This document shows, in pieces, positions 23,446 to 35,852 of a DNA stretch of 64,000 nucleotides. The DNA is from Azolla caroliniana. Lineage: Eukaryota; Plantae; Polypodiophyta. The notes beneath the pieces were generated by a model that did not search any database, was not told the DNA's origin, and was given only the letters and a program-made list of their open reading frames with translations. The stretch lies in contig JBHGNT010000001.1 of NCBI GenBank assembly GCA_043228905.1, forward strand, positions 7,874,001 to 7,938,000, given 5' to 3'. Position numbers and translations under genes: made by a program. Each line of letters starts with the position of its first letter. Within the stretch, counting starts at the first letter, position 1.

Positions 23446-25692
23446 ACGTTCCAGCGCATCATCACCAAAAATTTTAACGAGTATATCCCGGCGTTTATGC
23501 AAGTCTTTCTTGACGACTTTGCCGTATATGGACAGCGACTGGAACACATGAGCCAGTTACGCCTCTGTCTTGATCGATGTCACCAGGCTCGGTTAAGTTT
23601 AAACCCGGCAAAGTGTGCGTTCTTGGTCACAAGCGGCAACCTACTCGGACACATCGTCAGTCAAGAAGGTATTGCCATGGACCTGGATAAGGTACAAGCC
23701 ATCCTAAAAGCCTCGACACCCTCGAACGCAAAAGGCCTCAACCGATTTCTGGGACAAATCAGATGGCACAACCGAATGATACGCCACCTGGCCGATTTCG
23801 CAACAACACTATACGCGGCGGTGCATCGACTCCCCTTTCAATGGACTTCAATCGAGGACGAGGCTTACCAAGGATTGAAATTAATGCTCTCGCATGCCCC
23901 AGTTGTACAACCACCGAGATGGTTGGAACCTTTTCACGTTTTCGTGGACGCATCAGATATTGCCATCGGGAGTGCACTTATGCAATTCACGCCCCCAAAT
24001 TGGTATCAACCAGTGTATTATGCTAGCCGACGTCTCTCGGCCGTGGAAAAGAACTATTCAACCACCGAACGGGAGGCCCTCGGTATGATCTACAACATCA
24101 ATAAATTTCGGCATTACCTCTTAGGCCAAAAATTCACCTTTCACGTCGATCACTCGACGCTCCTCTACCTGGTTAATAAACAAGCCCTGACAGGTCGACT
24201 GGCTCAATGGATGCTCCTATTACAAGAGTTTGATTTTCATATACAGCATCGACCCGGAGTTCAACACGCCGTCGCCGATTACCTAAGCCGCCTCGAGTCC
24301 GGAGACCCTATCGAGACCACGTATGACGATCTACCCGATGCCGGCTTATTTCATCTCGCAACGCTAACCGACGACAAAGAAGATGAATGGATCACAAAGA
24401 TGACCCATTTCCTTAGTACTGGCTTGCCTCCCGACCACATGGCCCTCGATGTACGGAAACGACTCGCAGTACGTAGCCGCAACTTTTGTCTAGTTTCCGA
24501 CATCCTCTATCACAAAGGCTCGGACGGAATATGGCGTTGGGCCATTCGACAATTCGAGAAGAAGGCCATCCTCCAAGAGGCCCACCTTGGAATCGCCGGC
24601 GGACACTGCACCGGAGAGTCCACGGCACGGAGAGTATGGCAGAGTGGGTTATGGTGGCCTACAACGAAAAAGGATGCCCACGAGTTCTGCCGACAGTGCG
24701 ACTTGTGCCAACGGTTGGGACAGCCGATGGAACAAGCTCGAATGCCACACCAACCCATTCTTCCATTGGAACCATTTAAAAAATGGGGGTTAGATATTGT
24801 GGGACCCTTCCCGAACCGGTAATAAGTATATCATCATCGCTACGGACTACTGCACAAAATGGGTCAAGGCAAAGGCTTTATGAGACAACACGACAACGTC
24901 CACAGCCAAATTCGTGTACGAACATCTCTGGTGCCGTTATGGATGTCCAATTGAGCTCGTTAGTGACCAAGGTGGGCACTTTATAAACCATATAATATGC
25001 GAGCTTACGACTCGCTACGTAGTGGTACATAAGAAAAGCACACCATACTACTCGTAGGCAAACAGATTGGTAGAATCGACTAACCAAATTCTCCAAACAA
25101 TCCTGAAGAAGATCGTCAACGAGAACCGCACCGATTGGGACGACAAGCTCCAAAGTGCACTGTGGGCTTACCACACGACATTCAAAATGAGCATTCAATC
25201 CACCCCCTTTCGGATGGCTTATGGTCTAGAAGCCGTTATGCCCAAGTCCCGAGTCTCCGAGTGCAAGTTAAAGCACGACTTCCCGAGGCCCAATCCGAAC
25301 AATTGAGGTTGGAACAACTCCTCGAACTTGGCGAGGACCGATTAGCGAGCATGGCCCAACTTGAACAGTGCCAACACCAACGAAAAGCCTTTGTGGACCA
25401 ACATCGGAAGGGATTGGAACAAGAACTGACCATAGGCAAATCGGTCCTCGTTTTCCAGACACGACTCAGTGCTATCCTAGGAAAGTTACGATTTCGATGG
25501 ACCGGCCCCTTCTGGATTATTGATGAGTTTAACGGCACGTTCCAGCTCGGCACCCTCGTCGGGGAAATAGTCAAAAGCTGGGTGAATGGATTCCGACTAC
25601 GACCGTACCAGGGAAATACCCCAACCAACCCTTTCGCCGAGTCTCACGGCACGGACACGGCCACGAAGGAGGCCACGCGTCCCCCTCGATAA
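23446..25692 (+). pseudogene. Athila/Phygy-like gypsy pol: RT C-terminus, RNase H, integrase
   Basis: FLDD; VDASDIAIG; NYSTTEREAL; HAVADYLSR; HHCC; WGLDIVGP; WTGPF; frameshifts and stops after 24822. Confidence 0.9.
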
Positions 25693-25914
25693 GAACCCAC
25701 CAACATTCCAAAGTAGACATTAGATAGGATTAGGCATAGTTTTAGCAATGAGTCAGTTCCACCTACACCACCTACCACCTCACCCAAATCACGTCAGGTT
25801 AGAGACACACATTAGTCACTTTCACATTCACTTAAGTATTTAAAGGCACAGGCACATCATCCAAGGCGAAGCACTAACTCCCTAGGACACGTGGCCATAA
25901 TATCCTATTATGGC

Positions 25915-26728
25915 TGTTGAGATATCAAGCTCAACTAGTTTAATCTAGTTAGTCAACACATGTAACTTAGTAGTTACCTAGATCGAATCTAGTTAATGTG
26001 TTGACCTTAAGCCTTTAAATAGGACCTTGTACTTAAGTGGGATATTCTAGATCCTCCACTCCTTAGTACATTTAATGTAGGACTTACACATAAGTACCTA
26101 TGTTCTACCCACACATGTGCACCCTTGCACATGGGTTGTATATATACCTCATTGTGGGTATTTTTGTATGTTGATGACACTTTTCAATATTGTTAAGTGT
26201 TAAGTAATTAGGTAATTAACTAGGGTTAATTAGAGACTAATTATATGGTTACGTTAAGCAACGGAAGATTAGTATGATATCATATAATTAGTCTCTAATT
26301 AACCCTAGTTAATTACCTAATTACTTAACACTTAACATGATAGCAGAGCACGTGGTTTAGGAAATCCACTAAGCCCACCGCTTATTCGTGATTGTGTGTT
26401 CGAGATGCTGACGACAAATCCTGGCTATTCGCTATCCACTACCGTAGTGCCGCTACAAAGGACGTGTACGCGACCAAGAGAAGAAAAACAAAACGGAAGA
26501 CACAACAATCAACATGAACAAACAAATGGGAAGCTTTTCATGTTGTTCATGTCTAGACCAAAGCAACTATTCATCTTGGGAGTACAAGATGAATCAATAC
26601 CTTGTCGGCCAAGGGTATTGGAGCTACATCAACGGCGCACAAGAAAGCAAACCCGAAACCACACACGCCAACTACCCAACGTGGGAGCAAGGCGCGAGTC
26701 GGGTAATGTATTGCTTGGCAACATGTGT
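25915..26728 (+). mobile_element. Truncated copia: 5' LTR, degenerate Met PBS and start of gag
   Basis: TGTTGA start; ...TTAACA then TGATAGCAGAGC (approximately TGGTATCAGAGC); gag LDQSNYSSWEYKMNQYLVGQGYW; ends at an abrupt junction. Confidence 0.8.
26191..26337. repeat. Perfect 57-bp inverted repeat with 33-nt loop
   Basis: 26191-26247 is the exact reverse complement of 26281-26337. Confidence 0.95.
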
Positions 26729-29215
26729 AAACGCGGTTGGTAGATTATTGGCAATTTGTAACGTACGGGGATTCTCGTCCGAGCCGAGGTTTATTGTTTC
26801 CAGGGTTGATGCTTTGACTCGTTGTGAAATGGCGAGTTCGCGTTCGAAAGCATCCCGAGCATGGCGTAGCTCGGCAACTGTGGTTGGATCTGGTTCATCT
26901 TGGGGTGGTGATTCCTCCGTGACTTCCTCGTCTTTAGGTGGCTCGATGGTTGGTATGGCATTGATTTTGAAGAGAGGGATGATCGTGGGATGATCATCTA
27001 GGAAGTCATCGACCTCCTCATCGTCCAAACCGTCAAGCATATGGACCCCTTCCAAAGTGTTGAGGGCGACGGGGACTCGTTCTTCAGTGATGATTCGGAC
27101 TTTTGTCTTGCCTCTTCGGAACGAGATCATGTTGCGTTGCCAATGTTGCTTGATATTCGTTGTACGCAACCATGGTCGACCTAGTAACATTGGGTACGTG
27201 CCTTGTGTCTCCAATCTTAGCACGACGGCCGAGATCGTGAACATGTGGCCTCCGAGTGTGAAGTCGAGATGGCGGATTAAACCAATGGGGCGAACGGAGC
27301 GGGTGTCGGCCATCCGAAGCCAAAAGGGGCATGGTTCCCATTGATTCAGGCCGAGGTTGTGACACGTTGACTCACTAATAACGTTTACGCCGGATCCGCC
27401 GTCGATGATGCATCCGTGCAGGTCTTGTCCTTTAATGATGTTTCGCACGGCTGGGTTTTGAGAATCCATGAGTGGTGGACCTGTTCCTGCTTCGGTGAGG
27501 TGTACCGGTGGCGTCACGGGCTTAGTATTGGCCTGGAGTGCCGCTAGGGTGTCCCGAAATCTCGGCATGAGTGGTAACAGTTTATGTAGGGGCAGCGAGA
27601 TGCGGGAGTTGGTAAGAACATCCCATAGTTGGTCGTCCTCCGTCGACGTGGATGGTACCGAGGTTTGTGGTGCTTCGATGGGCACGTCTCTCATGTTAGT
27701 TTGCATGTGCACGACATTCCTTTTATTGGCCGTGTCGATCCATTCTTTTGCTGCCTGACGGACTTCGTCTTGGATTTGCCACTGTGTAGTCTGCACTTTA
27801 CTCCGGGTAGTGACGGTTTGAACATCGGCCGCGGGTGCCTTGCCACGGTTCGTTGTTGGACATTGCGTTGCGTAGTGGCCTAGTTGGTTACATTTAAAAC
27901 ACGTAACGTTGGCCGAGCTGCTGGTTTCTGCTCGGTCTGTGTGTGGAAGTTGTTGCTGTTGATTCCCAGTCTCGTTTGGTGGTGGGTTGGTCCGAGGTGC
28001 GTTGGAGTTGCGTTGGTCATTTTGAGGAGCGTCCCGTCGACGGTTGTCGTTATGTCTTCTATTGTTGCGTGAGTTGCGGTTGCCGTTTCGCCGATCAATG
28101 CGTGAGTTCCGTCGGTCATACCGGTCATCACGATCGTCATCATATCGAGCATAATCGTCGTGCCGGTCATCGCGATAGTGATCACGACGGTCATCACGTC
28201 GGTAGTCATTGTCTCGGCGCCGTCGATCCGGGGATCGCGGTCGGTCGTTATCCTGGTCTCGGTAGGCATATCGCTCGTCCTGCCGAGAGTATGTATTTCT
28301 TGGCTCGATCTGGCGGACCGGTGCCGCCGTTGTGTGGTTTAGCGTATTATATTCGCACTGCTCGACAGTGTGAGCTCGAGACTGACAGATCGGACATTGT
28401 GGTCGGTGGGGACATTCGAGGGCCAGGTGCCCTGATCCTGAACACGTCGTGCATTGGAGAGCTTGGCGAAAGCGATTGTCCTCTTGGGGAAGAGCTTTTT
28501 GTAAGGATGTCATCGAGAAGGTCCCGTCGTGCTGGGTCCGATCGAGGGCGAGAACCCGCGCTATGACTTGTTCGATAGTATGGTTGGCGAAATTTGTAAG
28601 TGCGAGAGTCGTTCGGAGAGGCTCTCATAAACTGGACAGGAAAGTGTCCGGTATATGTTGTGCCGAGACATCATCTGCCACTTGTCTGTAGAGATCCTGG
28701 AACCGGATCGTGAACTGCGCGACCGTTTCGTGCGGTTCTTGGCATATAGAGAAGAATTGTCGGAGCAATTCCCGTTTAGGCACCTCGCGATGAAAAAGTT
28801 CAAGGAACTTTGTGCGCACGATTTGGAAAGTGGTGGCCTCTCCTATTTCGAGGCGAGAGTACCATCGTGCGGCCGGTCCATCGAGGGAGAGTGTGAACTC
28901 GGCAATCTTTGAGGCATCGATTTCGGTCGGCGTGAGGCGGTGCGTTGAGTGGTTGGCCTGCCATGTGGATATGAAGGCACGGATGTGTGACTCCGCGTCT
29001 GGTTCGTCGGTGTATCGTGGGTATGGGTACGGCATGATGTCGTACTCTGGGTCTTCTGGTAGCACCGGGAAAGGGTTTAGTTCCGGTTGAGTGACCTCCG
29101 GAGGGCTTGGCGGGGGTTGTGGTGGGGAATCAACTCTCGATTGAGTGTCCGGTGGCGAGGATTGCACTAGGGAAGCCTCCGATTGCTCGGGAAAGGATTG
29201 GTCAGTGACCGCCAA
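26729..29215 (-). pseudogene. Gag (three CCHC knuckles, RD-rich linker) plus aspartic protease, one frameshift near 28600
   Basis: SLDGPAARWY/ETVAQFTIRF gag core; CTTCSGSGHLALEC, CPICQSRAHTVEQC, CFKCNQLGHYATQC; IIDGGSGVNVI...LLGRPWL. Confidence 0.85.
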
Positions 29216-29879
29216 GTAGGAAGTTCCTTCGACTGGCTCAGGGCGTCAGGCAGGTGGCCGAGACCTCGTGGTGCGAGAGGGCGCCGTAACGGCGGCTGGT
29301 GGTTACCTTCAACGAAGTTCGTTGTGCACTCACAGTTGTAACTGGACGTGCCAAATTGTGTTACCCGTTCCTTTGGGTGAACACCTTCGATAGACCTGCG
29401 GCTATCGGTACCCAAGGGCGTGGTACGTGAAGGCTCGTAACAGAGGCGTCGTGAGGGAGAAAAATGATCAGAGATAAAACACTAGTGAGATCTTGATAGG
29501 CGTGGGCGACGCTGAAATCATAAGTATGAGCTTTGAGCCAAAGCACAGACACATGGAGCAAAATGGGCACAAATCAGATATATTACTGCAACACCAAAAG
29601 GATTACAGAACACGGCCTACGGCCGGTGACCTTACAGGATTATCTAGTTACGATGGACTAGGCTAGTGCTTCCACCTATATTTTTCTGCCCCCGCTCTGA
29701 GGTACTGGACCTCGTTTAAATACGTTTCCCCTAATACACAGCCGAGCCATCTGTGGCCCGTGATACTCGGACTCGGCGCTCACTGGCGTTCTTTCCTACT
29801 CGGTTACACTACCGCCGTTTGCTAATTTCGTAATTCTATATTTCTGTCCTCTGGGCAACAAGTACAGATTACGGTAACA
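26729..29879 (-). mobile_element. 5' half of an Athila/Phygy-like gypsy (LTR, Arg PBS, gag, protease)
   Basis: LTR 29359-29879 TGTTAC...GTAACA; PBS TGGCACGTCCAGT at 29341-29353; LETINLGSDENP segment shared with the 9077 element. Confidence 0.88.
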
Positions 29880-29987
29880 GACATAGAGATGACCCAACAA
29901 AGTATGTATATTGATTACTAGATAAAATCAATTATAAGGCACACAGTCGATTATATTAGTCACTCTCTCTTTCTTTCTATAACATAG

Positions 29988-30411
29988 TGTAAAGAAGCAT
30001 ATATGATTCTTGTGTAGCGGAAGAGATGTGTTATGTGTATGTGTGAGAGGAAAAAGATGAGAGAAGAGAAAACCCAAGATAGATAGATGAAAGAAAAATG
30101 AAGTACTGACAAGTAAAATAGCAAATACAAAATTTAGCATTACAAGGAGTCACAATTGACCCTCTATGAAGTAGGAGAAAGGTGCTTTATATAAGGTCAC
30201 CCTCTCGCTTCATTAACTCACAACAACAACTACTCTTTCTTGGGGAATGTGAAGACTCAAAATCACTCATTAGTTATGTGTCATAGAATATGATTCTATG
30301 ACACATAGTTAATGTGTAGAGAGTAGTGGTGTGACTCTTGACCTTTGAGTGATCATAGATTCTCAAAGGGCGTGTTCACACGTTGCACTAGGTTGAGCTT
30401 GATTCTCAACA
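29988..30411 (-). mobile_element. Copia solo LTR
   Basis: TGT...ACA termini; 5-bp TSD CATAG; homologous to the PBS-adjacent LTR at 43168-43618. Confidence 0.92.
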
Positions 30412-30571
30412 CATAGCATACACATATATTCATTCCCCCTTTCTTTCTGCTATTCCACGATTTATATAGCCTCTCCTTGGCTCGCTTTTAGTACTTCCTC
30501 CTAATTCACAGCCTTTATTCTCGGTTGCATATAGGCGATGGCGTCGGTAGAGGTGTCGCCGATCTGGGCAA

Positions 30572-31063
30572 TCACACTACAACGGTCGTGGAGGTGAGGG
30601 GGATTTCGGTGTAACGCCAACCTTCGCGTCCGGAATATTCGGTGTAGGCAGCGGGGATGATGTTGGGGATGACGGCATGGGTCTTCGTGGTGCGGAAGGG
30701 AATGCCATCCACCAGCAAATGCAACGTAGCGCAAAGGTTGGTGACAGTGAACTGGAATTCGACAAGGGTGGTATCTGCGAAGGTGTGCATACGAACGTGG
30801 CTGGTATCGGGGTTGTATCCTGTGAGGAACTGTTTGACCAGCTCGGGAAGTACACCCCATGGGCCAATCCTAAGGAAGAACTTGAGGCCGAGTTGGGAAA
30901 GGGTATCGAACATGTCGGGATCGAGGTACTTCAGTTGTGGGGTTGTCGCGGGTATCCGGTAAGCACATCGAGTGTTGTTGAACTCAACTGGAATGACCAA
31001 GGAACCACAACCGGAGTCAGGGTAGTACACGTGCACGAGCTTGATGAATGGAGTGGACGCCAT
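30572..31063 (-). CDS. Putative retrotransposon accessory (Athila-type extra ORF) protein fragment
   Basis: 163 aa; VLPELVKQFLTGY resembles the PELVREFY-type motif of plant retroelement extra ORFs; splice-acceptor-like CTAAT-(Y)n-CAG just upstream of the ATG. Confidence 0.45.
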   Translation of the reverse strand: MASTPFIKLVHVYYPDSGCGSLVIPVEFNNTRCAYRIPATTPQLKYLDPDMFDTLSQLGLKFFLRIGPWGVLPELVKQFLTGYNPDTSHVRMHTFADTTLVEFQFTVTNLCATLHLLVDGIPFRTTKTHAVIPNIIPAAYTEYSGREGWRYTEIPLTSTTVVV

Positions 31064-31511
31064 TGATTATAACCTGCTGGAAAAAGGATTAGTATAGTTA
31101 AATGGGGTGTACCAATCCTTACTATATGAAAGAATAAAAGCTACTTCTTGTATTACATTGATTATTGTAAAAACTCTAGATTATTCTAGAATGTTCTAGA
31201 ATGTCCTAGAACATTCTAGAAATCTCTAAGCTATTCTATAGGAACCTATAAATAAGGGCATACATGTATTCTCAAATCAATTCGAATCAACACCAGTCTT
31301 TAACTCTCATTACATATCTTGTATCCATTCTCTTTCTTTCTCTATCTTATACATCCATTCTTCTCTTAGTATTTGGTTCCTTTCTTCTCGTGTTCTCTAA
31401 TATCCTTCTTCCATCACTCTATCTTTTATCCTTGGTTCTGACAGTTTGATTCAAATTCTCTCTCTCTCTCTCTCTCTCTCTCTTATCCTCCTTTGTAACC
31501 ATCCTGAAACC

Positions 31512-32675
31512 ATGGCTGCCATTAACTCAGAAGAATATCTCACCCTTGTTGCAGAAATGGAGAACCTTAAATCCAAGTTCGCATCTCTTGAAGTAGAGAA
31601 TCAACGTCTACTTGGGGATCTACAAAAGGTTACTATAGAGAAGCCACAACAACAAGAGGAGTTCACGCGACGAGTGCAACAGTTAGAGTCAACAATCGTA
31701 GTGTTACAACAACAAAGGGTTGAAGGTCAGGAACTTATCAAGGAGCCCAAAATTAGCCTCCCAACTAAATTTGATGGGTCGAGGGCGCATTTCCGAGGTT
31801 TTTTTAATCAAGTACGGTTGGTGATTCAAATGCATCCCACGTGTTATCCAACAGATGCATCACGAGTCGGGCTAGTGGGCACCTTATTGACTGGCATAGC
31901 GTTGTCGTGGTTTGCTCCATTGCTAGAGACCAATTCTCCTCTACTGAATAATTTTGAAGAATTTATCAAGGAATTTAAGGCGTGTTTCGGAGATACTAAT
32001 GGGGCGAGAACAGCTATCAACAAGATTCGTACACTTCGTCAAGGTGATCAACCAGCTTCGACATATGTTGCCAATTTCCGTCTCATTGCAAGCGATATTC
32101 CTTAGGATGAACAAGCCCTAATGGAGCAATTCCGTTCAGGCCTTTGTAGTGATGTCAAAAACTTACTTCTTACCTTCCCCGAGGATCCAAGGTCACTTAT
32201 AGAAGCTATTAGTCGAGCAATACGGTGTGATAATCGCCTTTTTGAGCGTTGATGTGAGCGACAACAACAAATAACAAGATCAAGATTCACACCAACTTAT
32301 GCATCAGTAACAGCGCAATCATCCCCAAGGCAAATGTATAGCCCTACGCCAACTCCAAGGCAAACACGTAGTCTAGTCCCAATGGATAGTCCTGCACCCA
32401 TGGAGATCGATATGACTCAACGACGAGGACCATTGTCAGGTGAAGAGAAGCAATGTCGTCGAGCAAACCATCTGTGCTTATATTGCGGAGGTCCAAGACA
32501 TGTAGCCATTCATTGCTCCCGTAGGCCGAGACGTCAAGTAAATCAAATTCACTATGACAATAAAAATGAGTCCAACATTTTAGAAGCAGTTAGTGAATCT
32601 AATATTATGAATAATCCACCCTTGCCCAATAAATTTGAAGTCCTAAGCCAATTAGAAGAGGAGTCAAACGAATAA
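31512..32675 (+). pseudogene. Chromovirus-type gag with premature stops
   Basis: Coiled-coil N-terminus, capsid motifs and CCHC; stops at 32103 and ~32250. Confidence 0.85.
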
Positions 32676-32701
32676 GTCCGGCCAAAATAGGAGCCATTTG
32701 G

Positions 32702-34532
32702 TTGGACAACCCTAGATATGTACAACCTAGTGTGGGTTCCATTTCTTCCAAGCATGTTAGTAGAGTCTTCTCAACCCTAGTACAAGTTAGGACACCCAGT
32801 TGTCAACTTCAAGTCCAAGCCCTCTTAGATACTAGAGCCAATTCTTGTTTCATGGATAGAGATTTTGCCCAAAAACACCAAATATCCTTGCATACACTTC
32901 CTTGTCCAGTTTCCGTAGTAGTGATTGATGGACGCCCCATAGCTTCCGGGAAGATATTTGAAGAGTCTGAGCCAATACACATACTCTTGGGTGATTTAGG
33001 ATGTGTAGTTTCCCTTAACATAATCCATAGTCCTGAGCATCCAATTGTCCTCAGTTTGCCATGGTTCAAGCTACATAACCCTAGAATCGATTGGAGGAAG
33101 CGAGAAATTAGGTGCCCTTTAGCAGAAAATATCATTGTCAAGGATCGAACTCGGGATTATCCTCCTAAAGTATATAGTTCTACTGATGCACCATATCCTT
33201 CTCATCAAATTTCAGCCATCACATTGCAACAATTACGCCAAGTGGGAGGCAAGGAGGACCTTTTCTTATTTGCAGTATCAGTGACACCTTCTAGTGTCAC
33301 TCAAGGGAATTCCGACATCCAAATTCTCAAAAAATATCAAGACTATGCTGATGTTTTCGACAAAGTAAAAGCTAGTGTTCTTCCAAACCATCGGCCGTAC
33401 GACTGTCCTATTGATCTCCAACCAAGAAAAGAGCCACCGTGGGGTCCGATTTACAATTTATCACCCACTGAGCTTGAGGTTCTTCGAGAATACATCGAGG
33501 AAAATCTTGCACATGGGTTTATTCAACATTCAAAGTCTCCAGCTGGTGCTCCTATCTTTTTTGTGAAGAAAAAGGACGGCTCCCTTCGTTTGGTCGTGGA
33601 CTATCGAGGCTTAAATAAAGTCACCATAAGGAATAGGTATGCTTTACCTTTAATCTCCAATCTCTTAGAACGCATTGGTGGGGCAAAGCATTTTACCAAA
33701 ATTGATCTAAGGGGTGCATATAATCTTGTTCGAATTCGGCCGAGAGATGAGTGGAAAACAACATTTCATACTCGGTATGGTCATTTTGAGTATACAGTCA
33801 TACCTTTCGGGCTCACAAATGCACCTGCAGTATTCCAACATATGGCAAATGACATCTTCCAGGATTTCTTGGATATTTTTCTAATCATCTACCTAGATGA
33901 TCTATTGATTTACTCTAAAACACAGGGGGAGCATGATATACATGTGCGGCAAGTACTTGAACGCCTAAGGAAGTATGGTCTTTATGCTAAACTTGAGAAA
34001 TGCAGTTTTGATTGCAAACAAGTCAAATTTTTGGGATACACTATTTCATCCCAAGGTGTTTTCATGGACCCGACAAAAGTCCAAATAGTATTGGAATGGA
34101 AACCCCCATGCTCAGTTCGGGATGTCCAGTGTTTCCTTGGATTTGCGAAATTCTATCGCAAATTCATACATAATTATTCAAGCATTGTGTTGCCCCTTAC
34201 TCAACTCACCAAGAAAAATCAAGCATTTTTTTGGAGTGTCGAAGCGGACAAGGCTTTTATGCAGCTGAAAGAGGCATTCACATCAGCACCCATCCTAGCA
34301 CATATTGATCCTGAAAAGCCATTTACTATTGAGGCGGATGCATCAGACTTTGCATTGGGGAGTATCCTATCGCAACCAGGCGAGGACTGGCAGACACATC
34401 CAGTCGCGTTTCACTCGAGAAAATTTACTATTTTGGAGATAAACTATGAGGTGCATGACAAGGAGTTACTAGCTATGGTCGACTCATTTGAGCAATGGCA
34501 TCATTTTCTAGAAGGATCACCTCATCAAATTA
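32702..34532 (+). CDS. pol: Chromovirus-type pol (degenerate PR, RT, partial RH)
   Basis: LLDTRANSCF (decayed DxGA); KIDLRGAYNL; PFGLTNAPAVFQ; YLDD; INYEVHDKELLA. Confidence 0.88.
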
Positions 34533-35164
34533 CCTATGCGCAAAGTTCAACATTCGCCCTCCAGCCCCTCCCTTGATACGCTGCCAGGAACGACACCACA
34601 AGATAACAGTACCAGGTCAACCCAAGCGGCTCTGCATCCCAGAACATGACTTCTTAAGACAGGTACACCAAGGCGAACGTGAACGCCCACCAACGCACGA
34701 ACAACCCCAAATCACCCATGTGACGGTTGAAGATACCCTTGATACACCTGAGGATATCACAAATCGTGTCAAGGAATTCCAGACACGCAAATTCACCCCC
34801 ACTGAAATCTAGTACTTGTCTACTACATTCCACTACGTGTCTCATCAGACCATGGCCACGACCCCTCGTACCCATAGTTGCACCACCAAATCAATCCTCC
34901 GTGACCTACGGAACCCTATGGCCCCACCCCTCCCAACCTCTACCTTCCTCGGCTACCAGTGCTGGACCGATTCCCTTTTTACCTACTTGACCTACTCGTC
35001 TCTAAGACTTTAGATTCATTTCAGACATCGTGCCCTTTGTCCCATGGATAACATCTCTCTCGATTTTCCCTCTCATTCCCTATGTATGTCTCTCCCTCTC
35101 TCCTCCCACGTTCAAACCCCCCTTGGGAGGGGGGTAGAACGGCTCCACCTCCCACCCATCAACA
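34533..35164 (+). other. Unassigned retroelement 3' fragment ending in an LTR-like terminus
   Basis: Ends ...CCATCAACA at a copia junction; shares the AACCCCCCTTGGGAGGGGGGT motif with the 51669/53990 LTRs. Confidence 0.4.
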
Positions 35165-35764
35165 TTATCACTTCGTTCAAGATTGCGTAACCAAAGGAAA
35201 GCTCGACCTGGAGATGATTGCCACAGTCGACAATGTTGCGGACAAGATGACCAAGTGTCTTTAAGCAAATTGATTTCGATCATTAAGGCACCAGATGGGC
35301 TTAAAAGGAATGAGTTCAGTTGATTCAGTCATTGTGGCTTTGGCTTGATCGACTGGAACATAGAGATGAATTTGGCCCTTAGCATTCAACACTTGGGACA
35401 GACGACCCGACTCTAGTCAATACGACTAGCCAATTCAACTCAGGTTATTCGGCCCATGTTGACTGAGGAGAACAACAAATAAACTTAACATCTCTTTGCG
35501 TAATCTATATTTAAAGTTTACTTTCTCTATTACATATTCTCTGATGTATACGCCCATTACAGGGGAGTGTTGACTACAGGTATATAATGGTTGTATTCAC
35601 ATTATCCCATATGGGCAAACTAGACTTCTAGGTTATTTATGTAAATAACATAAAGGGCACTTGCCGTAGTTTGGTTACTATATAACCAACTTGGTAACCT
35701 AGTTTGTAGAGGTTGTTAGTTGCCACTTTCAATAATACAATTTGTATTGTTTTGTGCCTCTTTG

Positions 35765-35849
<85 letters not shown>
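35165..35849 (+). mobile_element. Copia 3' end (RNase H tail, PPT, LTR from 35568) interrupted by a LINE
   Basis: YHFVQDCVTKGKLDLEMIATVDNVADKMTKCL; CGCCCATTACAGGGGAG-TGTTG as at 7235-7256; LTR (CT)n at 35767-35849. Confidence 0.85.

Positions 35850-35852
<3 letters not shown>

Larger units (their letters stand above)
31108..34532 (+). mobile_element. Tcn1/Tf1-like chromovirus-type gypsy, 3'-truncated in RNase H (LTR start approximate)
   Basis: LTR ends ...CTGACA at 31443; TATAAATA near 31247; gag PKISLPTKFDG, APMEID, CLYCGGPRHVAIHC; pol SKSPAGAPIFFVKKKDGSLR, YLDD, EADASDFALG. Confidence 0.88.
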
